Shown: piece after piece, positions 46,695-55,733 of the stretch | Layout: each line of letters starts with the position of its first letter | Numbering within the stretch: position 1 is the first letter of the stretch | DNA from: Candidatus Poribacteria bacterium | GTDB lineage: Bacteria; Poribacteria; WGA-4E; WGA-3G | Assembly: GCA_965215265.1 (NCBI GenBank) | Contig: OZ244048.1 | Location: 3,584,001-3,648,000 of the forward strand | Reading direction: 5' to 3' | DNA: 64,000 nucleotides | Program-made: the position numbers and the translations under genes | Notes under the pieces: model-generated | Databases searched by the model: none | The model's input: only the letters and a program-made list of their open reading frames with translations | Told to the model about the DNA's origin: nothing

Positions 46695-49600
46695 CTATTG
46701 CGCGTTTTCCTCAAGTTGCCTCAAGGTTTGCTCTAAAAGTTCAACGTAGTGGCCATATTCAGCCCATTCGCCTGCCCGCTGCGCGGTTTGTGCTTGGTTA
46801 AAATAGCGATTTGCTCGTTCGATGAGTAGAGAAAGCGATGTCCCTGGCTTTAGTTCCACCAATGATGTCGCCGTAGAATCCAAAGCCTCATCGGTTGTAC
46901 TTGCTACGCGCGTGCTCCGTCCGAACATATTCACAAGTGCTTCGTCAAGCGTTGCCCCCCACACAACATTCTCTTTGTACCCGACAACAACTCGTCGCAA
47001 TTCTGGAATTGCAGTCTTTTCATCTTCGGATTGGATATAGATAGGCTCAACGTAGAGCAGCGAATTGTTCATAGGTAGAATCAACAGATTACCACGGAGG
47101 ACACGTGAGCCTTGCGTATTCCAGAGACTGATTTGCTGTGAGATATCAGGTTCTTGGCTTATGAAGTTTTCAACCTGCATCGGCCCAGAAACTAGCTCTG
47201 CTTTGGGAAAACGGTAGACAAGGAGCTGCCCGTATTGCGGTCCATCGCATCGAGCGGCTAACCATGCTGTCAGGTTCGGTTTATTTCGCGGGGTAAACGG
47301 TAGCATGAGCATAAATTCTGCCCGTTCTTCCCCCGGCAGCCGGATAACAACGTAATAAGGTTCTACAGGTTGATCATTTGATTGTGCGAATTGAACAACG
47401 GGCCGTTGGGGTGCGAACGGGCTCGCCTGCGGTGGTGGTGCCGCCTGTCTCTGTTGTGCATCAGTGTGGTCATATAATTCCCGTCCAATTTCCCACTGAT
47501 CCTCACCTGCGTAAAACGTTACCGGGTCTTTCATGTGGTAATCCCGGTATACTTGCGCTTGGATAAGGAACATTCCGAGCGGATAACGGATATGTGTCTT
47601 CAATTCAGCAGGCATCTCCTCAAAAGATTTGAAAAGGTTTGGGAAGATTTTGGCATAGCACGCAACAATTGGATCCTGCTCACGCTCCATCATGTAAAAA
47701 ACAACGGTGCCGTCGTAAGCGTCAACAACAACTTTGACTGAATTTCGGATGTAGTTTCCCCAGGGTTCGGCATCTCTCCGTGTTCTCGCGACTTGTCGTA
47801 CGGGGGATTCGGTAATTTTCTGCATTGAAACAGAATACGGATACCGGTGCGTGGCGGTGTAAGCATCAACCATCCAGACGAGTCTTCCATTATGGATGAT
47901 AATGTAAGGATCACCATCATAATGCAAGAAGGGGGCAATTTTATGAATGCGCTTTTTTATATTCCGTTCATAAAGGACCCGGCTCGTAGGTGTAATTTCG
48001 CCCGGCAAGATGAAGTTAATCTGGTTATCAAACTTCAACATGTAAACAAGTTTCCGCCAGAAAGAGTTGAGTGGTACACCGCCTTTACCCTGGTAAGCGT
48101 ACTCGGCGTATTGTTGCCCTTCTTGCGGATAATCAAATTCCAATGCCTGCGGCCGGTCTGGATGCACGATGACGTACCGGTCTGTCCGTTCCCCGTAGTA
48201 GATGCGAGGCCCTGGATTTTCGTTAAATCTGTGCGGCCATTGGGATTCATAACTAATTGGTGGTAAACCGCGGATGTACATGTTCGGTTTACCGTTATCA
48301 ATTTCATTCACTGGACTGAGAACTGCCCCGTAGCCGTGTGTGTAGGTGTACGTTTGCTTATACCAATCATTTCTGATTTCTGCTGGGAGTTCATCGATAT
48401 TGAGTTCACGTGCGGACAACATCACTTGCCGGATCTCATCGTCAACGGTGTATCGATCGATATCAACATCAAAGAAGTCGTATTGCGAGCGTAATTCTTG
48501 TAACTGCCGGAACGTTCTACGCAAGGGGCGCCAATCCCAGAGGCGGATGCTGTTGAGAACTGGTTCGTTTTCGGAGCTCGTTATCTCTTCATAAACGAGT
48601 TCTTCTGTGAGTGGGTATTCCTCTTCTGTCACCGTGTCATCCTCTAACCCATACGCTTGGAGCGTTGCCTTAATGTTATAGTTAATAAATTTCGCCTCTA
48701 AATCCTGTTTCCTTGGTTCAACACGCCACTTCTGTATTAGTATTGGGTAGAACTGGCCGAGGAGGGCCGCAACGAGAAATACCGCGAGTCCGCCGAACGC
48801 GAATCTGCTGCGGCGCAAGAAGATGCTAATAACAAAAACCAGGGCACAGAGAACCGTAAGAACTTGTAGAATTTGCAATACAGGCAAGCGTGCATGAATT
48901 GCAGCGTACCCGCCCCCACCGCGTACTACTTCGTTTGAGGTATACAACAGGTCAAACATGGCAAATCGATAATTCCATGCTCGAAACAGGAGTGTCAAGG
49001 CAACTAAAGCAAACAGGTGTGCTTTGACCGGAAACGGAGGTTGGAACCGTAATTGATTCGTATCGCCGGTGATTAACCCATGGAAAAAGTAGATGGCAGT
49101 GGAAAATACGGTTATCAACAAGAAAAGACCGAAGAAGGTTCCGACAACGTAACGTTCTAAGGGCATTTTGAAGACATAGTAAGTGACAGGCTTACTGAAA
49201 ATTGGGTCGCGAGCGGAAACAGTGAAAACGGTTTTTTGCCCAGTGTCTACCTGAATAGGTGTATTGAGACGGATACCGTTTTCAAGGACCGATTCAACAC
49301 GTGCTGTCTGATCGGTTCCATCTACTTGGACGATGATTTCATCGCCGACTTTGATGTTCTTCCCTTCTAACTCAGATGCAGACACGGGAATTTCAGTCGA
49401 GTTAAGTTCTCCTTCTACAAGAAGCGGTGTGGCAGTGCGGAAATCCAGCCCCTCCGTATGCCGATAGCGTAGATAAACCTCCCACCGGTCACTCGCTGTA
49501 TACCCCATTAGGATACTGAAGAGGACAGCAAGAACCAGTAGTCCCCCGTAAATTAACTTACGAGTGTTGCCACCGGCACCTATCAATTCTGTTCCGCCCA

Positions 49601-49856
49601 TAAAAGTGGGGCTCAGTTGTGCTGGCGTGAGCCGATAGACTAAGATAAGATTTACGATGAGGATGCCCAAATAGACAATGCCAACAACCGTCCCAATAAA
49701 AATTTTGGTGAAGAGAATTTTAGTGTAAACCTCGAGGTGATCTATCATCTTAAACCATAGATAATCAGGATAAATATTAATCCAGACGGTGGAAAGCCCC
49801 CCGAGGATTGCTAGAACTACAACTGTGATAAAAAAGCGCTTAATGCGTGAATCCAT
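46695..49856 (-). CDS. UPF0182 family membrane protein
   Basis: DYLWF, IRLWDWRP, YTHGYG, YIRNSVKVVVDAYDG, VLRGNLL. Confidence 0.9.
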   Translation of the reverse strand: MDSRIKRFFITVVVLAILGGLSTVWINIYPDYLWFKMIDHLEVYTKILFTKIFIGTVVGIVYLGILIVNLILVYRLTPAQLSPTFMGGTELIGAGGNTRKLIYGGLLVLAVLFSILMGYTASDRWEVYLRYRHTEGLDFRTATPLLVEGELNSTEIPVSASELEGKNIKVGDEIIVQVDGTDQTARVESVLENGIRLNTPIQVDTGQKTVFTVSARDPIFSKPVTYYVFKMPLERYVVGTFFGLFLLITVFSTAIYFFHGLITGDTNQLRFQPPFPVKAHLFALVALTLLFRAWNYRFAMFDLLYTSNEVVRGGGGYAAIHARLPVLQILQVLTVLCALVFVISIFLRRSRFAFGGLAVFLVAALLGQFYPILIQKWRVEPRKQDLEAKFINYNIKATLQAYGLEDDTVTEEEYPLTEELVYEEITSSENEPVLNSIRLWDWRPLRRTFRQLQELRSQYDFFDVDIDRYTVDDEIRQVMLSARELNIDELPAEIRNDWYKQTYTYTHGYGAVLSPVNEIDNGKPNMYIRGLPPISYESQWPHRFNENPGPRIYYGERTDRYVIVHPDRPQALEFDYPQEGQQYAEYAYQGKGGVPLNSFWRKLVYMLKFDNQINFILPGEITPTSRVLYERNIKKRIHKIAPFLHYDGDPYIIIHNGRLVWMVDAYTATHRYPYSVSMQKITESPVRQVARTRRDAEPWGNYIRNSVKVVVDAYDGTVVFYMMEREQDPIVACYAKIFPNLFKSFEEMPAELKTHIRYPLGMFLIQAQVYRDYHMKDPVTFYAGEDQWEIGRELYDHTDAQQRQAAPPPQASPFAPQRPVVQFAQSNDQPVEPYYVVIRLPGEERAEFMLMLPFTPRNKPNLTAWLAARCDGPQYGQLLVYRFPKAELVSGPMQVENFISQEPDISQQISLWNTQGSRVLRGNLLILPMNNSLLYVEPIYIQSEDEKTAIPELRRVVVGYKENVVWGATLDEALVNMFGRSTRVASTTDEALDSTATSLVELKPGTSLSLLIERANRYFNQAQTAQRAGEWAEYGHYVELLEQTLRQLEENAQ

Positions 49857-49883
49857 TTTTCCCTCTATAGGTATAGTATTTTT

Positions 49884-52800
49884 TTAAAATGCTTGGCCGA
49901 GTCCTAAGTGGTACTTAAAACCGGGCTCTAATTCAATTAAATCTGTGTTTCGGGCTGCGGCAAAATCGATAGAAAACAGTCCTATTTGGAGGCGAAGTCC
50001 AAGCCCGATTGATGCTTTGACATCATCCAACCGAAACCGATATGTGTTCCCAGTTTTTCGTGCGAAGATGCGGAACGGATTTTCAGGTCCGTATTCCCAA
50101 TCCGACCAGGCCCCGCCAATATCTGCAAAGAGAATGCCGCGGATGCCACCAAGCGTCCACTGAACCGGCCAGCCGAAATGGAGAATATCTATGAAGGGTA
50201 TCCGCACTTCGGCATTCAACAACCCGATGCGTGAACCTATCAATTCCTCGTAGTTATAACCTCGCAGTGTATCAATTCCACCGAGATAAAAGAGGTCTTT
50301 ATCCGTGCCAAAACTACCGCCGAGTAATAACCGGAGTGCGACAGTGGAACGGCGTCCAAGACTGAAGTAACGACGTGCGTCGAGAACAACGTTGGTAAAC
50401 GATAATTCGCTCCCGACAGATGTGAACGCCCGTTCTACCTCAAACCGGTAGCGTGAACCGGTATAAGGATAGAACTCTCTCCACATTGTTGTATCACCAA
50501 TAAAGGCGATTGACCCGAGCGACAGCAAGCCTCTGTTATCGTATGGATCTAATGGGCGACTCGTCTGGAAGTTGAACAAAAACGGCATAGTCTGCATTGA
50601 AACACCGATGTCAAGCCGGTGATATCTATCATAAGGATAACTCAGATAACCGCCGATGCCGGTAATCCGTTGTAAAACGCCGCGCCGACTTTGGATCCTA
50701 CCCAAAATATGGTATTCATGGTAATTGTAAACGCTGATTCCAATATCTGGCCGGTGCGTTAAAAGACCGTACTGTGCAATGAAGTCCGGCGCGAGATAGG
50801 AGGATTGGTTCATCACAGTTACCCCGAATCGATGGTTGCCTAACATATCGCTACCGATAATTTGCACTGTGCTGCGCAGTAGCCCATCTGCCCCCATGCT
50901 AAAATTAGGAAAGATTGCATCCAACACAAACGACGATTTTGTACTGTACTTCCGTTTTGCAATCCGATAATTCCGCTCATCTGCTGTTTTTTCGTACCAG
51001 TGTAAGGGAGATGGCTCAACCTCCTCCGATTGTAACACTGCATCAGGTCGCAAGTCAACCTCTTCTTCAACTATCTTTGCAGTCTCCATGAGATAGACAT
51101 CGTACTTTCCATTCTGATATGCACTAAACAAGAGCATCCTGCCATCAGGTGACAAACTCGCGTTGAAACAGCCCGTCATCATGTTAGTCAAACGGGTTAG
51201 CCGCCAACCCGTTTTTCCGTTTTGCGGCGCATTTTCTGAATTTGCTAGCGGTTGGATTTTGTGTACGTCGTAAACACCTTGGATGTCGGCACAAAAGATG
51301 ATTGATTCACCATCAGGGGTCCAGGTTGGGCTCATTGCATTGAAGGTCCCGTCTGTTAAAAGCCGCGGTGAAGTAGCAATCGGCATCAATTTATCTGCTA
51401 CCGTCTCAATCTGAACCAGCCGGTTTCTACCGCCGCGTTCGGAGGCGTAAACAATTTCATCCCGCGTTGGGTGCCATGAAGGATGTGTATCGTGAAACAC
51501 GTCTGATGTCAGAGGCGTAACATCTCCAGTACTTAATTCAATAATATAAAGATCTGTACGTGCTTCTGATAAACCGGAGAAAACTATCCGTTTGCCTTGC
51601 CCGTCGTAATCGGGACTTGTGACATTATCAAAATCGAGTTTATAATAATGCGTGAGTTCAGTTGTCAAAATGTTGATTTCAAGCAAATAATTTGCATCGT
51701 GATGCTTCGCGATAAACGCGATCCTGTCTCCATCAGGTGCCCATGCAATGCTTCTACCAAACCCGTTAAAATCTGTTCGGATGTCCTCGTATTTACTACG
51801 GAAAAACCGTTTCGTGAGTCGTTCAATCCGTTCGCCAGTCTTCGCCGAGACTAGCACAATCTCCAGAAAGCCGTCATTCCCCGTTACGTATGCAATAATA
51901 TCGCCGCTCGGTGCCCACACAGGCTTTATGTTATGCGAATATCTAGATTTTTCAGTAAGGTTCTTCGCCAAGAGTTCAGGCAGTTCGAGATCTTGGATGA
52001 GCGGCCAGTAGCGTTTTCGCACTTTTTGTCGCCAAGCTTTATCAAAGTCTGCAAGCGTAACCCCGAGTACTTCTTTGAAGACACGGTCTAAGTCCTTTGT
52101 GCGGCTCTCGCGCAGCCCGTGCATAATTTCAGCGACTTTCTCACGGCCGTATGTTTCACATAGATAGGCGACAGCGAGCTGTCCCATCTTATATCCAACG
52201 TAAGGTGAGCGGAGCCGGTTGAAATTCTGCAATTGTGGTAACGGAACGATAGCGTTATTGATACTGGCATCCCGAAGGACCATCTCACCTATCGCATCAT
52301 TATCTTCAGCGAAGTAGTCTGCCATTCCTTCTATAAACCAGACAGGCGGAGAGTAAAGAAATTCACCGCTATAGATGCGCATGTGTGGCTTTTGATAGAT
52401 AATATCGTACTGAAAAACATGGATCAGTTCGTGGAAGATTACCTCACGGAACGCTTCAAGTGACCCGGTAAACGGTATAACGACGCGATGTTTAAAGAGC
52501 TCGGCGAACCCGCCAATTCCTTCGTGGAGTTCTTGGAGGATAATGTTCGTTTCCTGAAAATCTTTATGCGATTTGTAAAGAATGAGCGGTGTCCTATTCT
52601 CCAATTCATGCTCAAAATCTTCGCTGTGTTTTTCGTAGGCTTCCTCAGCAATATCTGCCATAATCGGCACCAGTTTCGCCTCGCTCGGATAGTAGTGAAT
52701 GTCAAAATGTTCTGTGCGATGGATGTGCCAATCAAAACGTTGTCCTGTAATCTTATTTTTGCCGAATCCTTGTGCCCAACACAGATTTGCCTGAATCAGT

Positions 52801-53000
52801 AAGACTAAGATGAGTAAGATTCTTTGTCGGCAGAAGCGATAAGCCCTATTTGGCACGAACGACCCTATACCTATCTCGGAATCAGAATCAACGCTACGAA
52901 TGCTGCGTGGTATCCGGTGAGTATTCGTTCGTTGTTCCTTCACCAACCGGCGGCATACGCTTTTGTTGATACGGTGAGAAGGGAATTTTGTCATTATCAT
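49884..53000 (-). CDS. Outer-membrane protein with peptidase MA-like, PD40/TolB propeller and BamA/TamA-like barrel domains (start uncertain)
   Basis: QGFGKNK, HELIH, WFIEGMADY, PD40 repeats, LRGY, terminal Phe. Confidence 0.8.
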   Translation of the reverse strand: MIMTKFPSHRINKSVCRRLVKEQRTNTHRIPRSIRSVDSDSEIGIGSFVPNRAYRFCRQRILLILVLLIQANLCWAQGFGKNKITGQRFDWHIHRTEHFDIHYYPSEAKLVPIMADIAEEAYEKHSEDFEHELENRTPLILYKSHKDFQETNIILQELHEGIGGFAELFKHRVVIPFTGSLEAFREVIFHELIHVFQYDIIYQKPHMRIYSGEFLYSPPVWFIEGMADYFAEDNDAIGEMVLRDASINNAIVPLPQLQNFNRLRSPYVGYKMGQLAVAYLCETYGREKVAEIMHGLRESRTKDLDRVFKEVLGVTLADFDKAWRQKVRKRYWPLIQDLELPELLAKNLTEKSRYSHNIKPVWAPSGDIIAYVTGNDGFLEIVLVSAKTGERIERLTKRFFRSKYEDIRTDFNGFGRSIAWAPDGDRIAFIAKHHDANYLLEINILTTELTHYYKLDFDNVTSPDYDGQGKRIVFSGLSEARTDLYIIELSTGDVTPLTSDVFHDTHPSWHPTRDEIVYASERGGRNRLVQIETVADKLMPIATSPRLLTDGTFNAMSPTWTPDGESIIFCADIQGVYDVHKIQPLANSENAPQNGKTGWRLTRLTNMMTGCFNASLSPDGRMLLFSAYQNGKYDVYLMETAKIVEEEVDLRPDAVLQSEEVEPSPLHWYEKTADERNYRIAKRKYSTKSSFVLDAIFPNFSMGADGLLRSTVQIIGSDMLGNHRFGVTVMNQSSYLAPDFIAQYGLLTHRPDIGISVYNYHEYHILGRIQSRRGVLQRITGIGGYLSYPYDRYHRLDIGVSMQTMPFLFNFQTSRPLDPYDNRGLLSLGSIAFIGDTTMWREFYPYTGSRYRFEVERAFTSVGSELSFTNVVLDARRYFSLGRRSTVALRLLLGGSFGTDKDLFYLGGIDTLRGYNYEELIGSRIGLLNAEVRIPFIDILHFGWPVQWTLGGIRGILFADIGGAWSDWEYGPENPFRIFARKTGNTYRFRLDDVKASIGLGLRLQIGLFSIDFAAARNTDLIELEPGFKYHLGLGQAF

Positions 53001-53111
53001 GTTAAACTCCGAAATACAGACTTGTGCCCGGGCAATTCAGCAATACCTGATATGCAAGTCTGAAGATATTTAGGAAACACTCGTGTGATGCAGGCAATTT
53101 TTTAGAGAAGT

Positions 53112-53897
53112 TCACTTAAGTAGGTACCTATCTTCACGTTCGTAGTGCGGTGAAATTCTACGTGTAAATTCGGCAATAGCACGTCTGCTAAGTTCTCTGG
53201 CAGTGTTCTCTTGTGGTCCTGCTTGTGAAAAGATGAAGGACCCGAGGGTATGGGCTTCGGCAGTGCTTCCGCGATACGCTTCATCCCAAACGACAAGAGC
53301 CTCCGCCTTGTCCGTTTCGACATCAATAATCAAAATGCGGAGTGTGAGAAAATAGGTTTTCTGCATATAGTCTTGGTAATTCAAGACATATCTTTGCCGT
53401 TGCACGGAATAGCGTTCGCCGTAATACCGCCTCGGGCGGCTATCCGAATCAAACTTGTATGTTCCAATAATGATGGCTTTGACTTCAAAATAACGACCTA
53501 GCTCCCGCAAACGTTCCGTATCAGATAGCCATTCTTTGGTGACTTTTTCTCCAGTCAGCAGGCGGGCGGTTTCCTGAGTACTAACAACATCAAAATGGTG
53601 TAAGTGAGAGCCCGCTTTATCGGAAACTTGGAAGTTTCGCTTGAGCCCACGCCGGAGAATCGCGGCAATATCTTCCCCGAGTTGTGAAGAAGCAGCCTCT
53701 TGGTGGTCATCGACAAACGGCAGGACAGCGAAGTTAGAGTACCGAGTAATATCAATTTCTGACTGCACCTTGACCGGGATAGAAACACGCGTGACAGCTG
53801 GGCTACATCCGCAAAAGGTTATGGCTACCAATATTGCAGCATAACTTGTGAGTTTGCGAATGCTTCTAACTGTGAGACTCTGCGTTATCTTCCACAT
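53112..53897 (-). CDS. Putative lipoprotein (CsgG/LpoB-like fold)
   Basis: Lipobox FCGC; AVLPF; RILIIDVET. Confidence 0.6.
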   Translation of the reverse strand: MWKITQSLTVRSIRKLTSYAAILVAITFCGCSPAVTRVSIPVKVQSEIDITRYSNFAVLPFVDDHQEAASSQLGEDIAAILRRGLKRNFQVSDKAGSHLHHFDVVSTQETARLLTGEKVTKEWLSDTERLRELGRYFEVKAIIIGTYKFDSDSRPRRYYGERYSVQRQRYVLNYQDYMQKTYFLTLRILIIDVETDKAEALVVWDEAYRGSTAEAHTLGSFIFSQAGPQENTARELSRRAIAEFTRRISPHYEREDRYLLK

Positions 53898-53931
53898 TTT
53901 CTGTATTAACTTCTTTGGCCTCCTACGTCAA

Positions 53932-54327
53932 TTATTCGTTCGGGCGGGTGCCAACATCTTCATCAGAACCAACCGTTCCGCTCCGACGTATATTTATACG
54001 GCATCGGCGATGGTTAAGTCTGTAGTATTGATTGTCTGGTGCAATTTCGGTTGCGCGCTGATAGCAGGCAAGTGCCTCCTCAGTTTTCCCCAATGCCTCG
54101 TAAGCAACCCCGAGGTTGTTGTATGCTTTGGAATTCTCTGTGTCAAGGGCTATCACCTGCTCCCACCGGAAGATGGCTTCGTTCCACAACTCCGCCTGCG
54201 CTGCTTTTATGGCAAATCTATTGTAGGCAGATGCTTGTGTAGCATCACGCGAAGTTGCACACCCTAACAGTGTACAAAAAACAATCATGCAAATAGCACT
54301 ATGCACGGACGGGTTATGTTGTAGCAT
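53932..54327 (-). CDS. TPR lipoprotein
   Basis: Lipobox LLGC; AYNNLGVAYEALG..EEA. Confidence 0.8.
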   Translation of the reverse strand: MLQHNPSVHSAICMIVFCTLLGCATSRDATQASAYNRFAIKAAQAELWNEAIFRWEQVIALDTENSKAYNNLGVAYEALGKTEEALACYQRATEIAPDNQYYRLNHRRCRINIRRSGTVGSDEDVGTRPNE

Positions 54328-54483
54328 ATCTATTTACCTCAGAACATTTCAATTATGCCTTAAGTATTGTACGCTGAATTGATTTTTTTGTCAAGTTTTT
54401 CGTAATTAGAACACTTAGTTCCATAAGAGTATTCTATTTACGTAGGCTCACCTAATAGTATAGCCTTTTTTTGCCAATATGTC

Positions 54484-54508
54484 AATGTGTAATGTGTAAT
54501 GTGTAATG
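54484..54508. repeat. 7-bp tandem repeat (AATGTGT) x3.5
   Basis: AATGTGTAATGTGTAATGTGTAATG in a divergent intergenic region. Confidence 0.75.
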
Positions 54509-54619
54509 AAAAGCAAATGAAATTTTGTGATTGGCGATCGAGTTCATTTTCTATATACCGAGGAGATGCTTTTGTGTTATACTTTTAGCAAACCTGATAT
54601 ATTAGAAGAGGGACGTACA

Positions 54620-55720
54620 ATGTCCAACACAACTCCACTTCGTACTGTTATTGTCGGCTGTGGCATGATTGCAGCTGGGGGCTATCAGCCCCGCTGTGCA
54701 GCATACCCACATCAGATTGAATTGGTTGGCTACTACGACCAGGACGAAGCGCGAGCAGCAGCTTTAGCAGAGAAAAATGGTGGCCGTGTCTATAAATCAC
54801 TTGATGAAGTCCTCAATGATTCAAACGTAGAAGCGATTATTAATTTAACTATCCACATCGCTCACTATTCCGTTTCTTTAGCAGCACTCAAAGCAGGCAA
54901 ACATGTCTACTCTGAAAAACCTATTTCCATCCGCACGGACGAAGCGAACGAACTGGTGGAAACAGCCGAGGCAATGGATTTAAAATTGGCATGTGCACCA
55001 TCAGCGATTTTGGGCTATGTCCAACAGAACGTATGGAAACGCATCCGTGCTGGAGAGATTGGCGATGTCATTTCCGCAGTCGGCAATTTTGGAGGCCCCT
55101 TAGAGCATTGGCATCCTAATGCCGATGCATTTTTAATGCATGCTGGGCCGTTTCGAGATGTTGCGCCGTATCCTTTAACGGCCATGACAACAATGATTGC
55201 GCCTGTCAAAACGGTCCATGGATTCGCCAGAGTTGCTGTCCCTAAGCGGTTGTTACACCAAGGCCCCCGGAAAGGTACTGAATTCGAGATTACCGAGAAG
55301 GACCATGGGTTCGCCGTGCTCGAATTTGAGAACGGGGCACACGGGCTAATCTATCACAGTTTTACGATCTCTTCTGGAATTCCTCCTTATGAAATCCATG
55401 GGACAAAAGGTGGGTTCTCGCTTCAAGCACACGATGATGGACGAGGCATCCAAAAATTCACCCCTAAAAATGGATGGACAGATGAAGATTCACCCCCGAA
55501 AGCATACATAGGTTTAGATTGGGGGAAAGGTGTGGCAGACTTCGCAAGCGCGATTCGGAACAACCGGCTGCCACGATGTAACGGGGCGCAAGCTCGTCAC
55601 GCCCTGGAAGTGTGCGAACGCGTGATTGAATCCTCCGACTTAGGTAAAGCTGTTGATGTCGTTAGCCGCTTTCCTGCACCACAGCCGGTTGGCGCAATAG
55701 CTCCATGGGATATAAGTTAA
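54620..55720 (+). CDS. Gfo/Idh/MocA oxidoreductase
   Basis: IVGCGMIA, GKHVYSEKP, WHPN; start taken at ATG 54620 after GAGG. Confidence 0.88.
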   Translation: MSNTTPLRTVIVGCGMIAAGGYQPRCAAYPHQIELVGYYDQDEARAAALAEKNGGRVYKSLDEVLNDSNVEAIINLTIHIAHYSVSLAALKAGKHVYSEKPISIRTDEANELVETAEAMDLKLACAPSAILGYVQQNVWKRIRAGEIGDVISAVGNFGGPLEHWHPNADAFLMHAGPFRDVAPYPLTAMTTMIAPVKTVHGFARVAVPKRLLHQGPRKGTEFEITEKDHGFAVLEFENGAHGLIYHSFTISSGIPPYEIHGTKGGFSLQAHDDGRGIQKFTPKNGWTDEDSPPKAYIGLDWGKGVADFASAIRNNRLPRCNGAQARHALEVCERVIESSDLGKAVDVVSRFPAPQPVGAIAPWDIS

Positions 55721-55733
55721 ATGGCGGAACCGG

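Noticed and set aside
52830-53000. Odd N-terminal extension of the BamA-like ORF as an inserted element
   Set aside because: It looks non-coding-like, but I could not define inverted ends or find a second copy in the window; the start codon remains uncertain.
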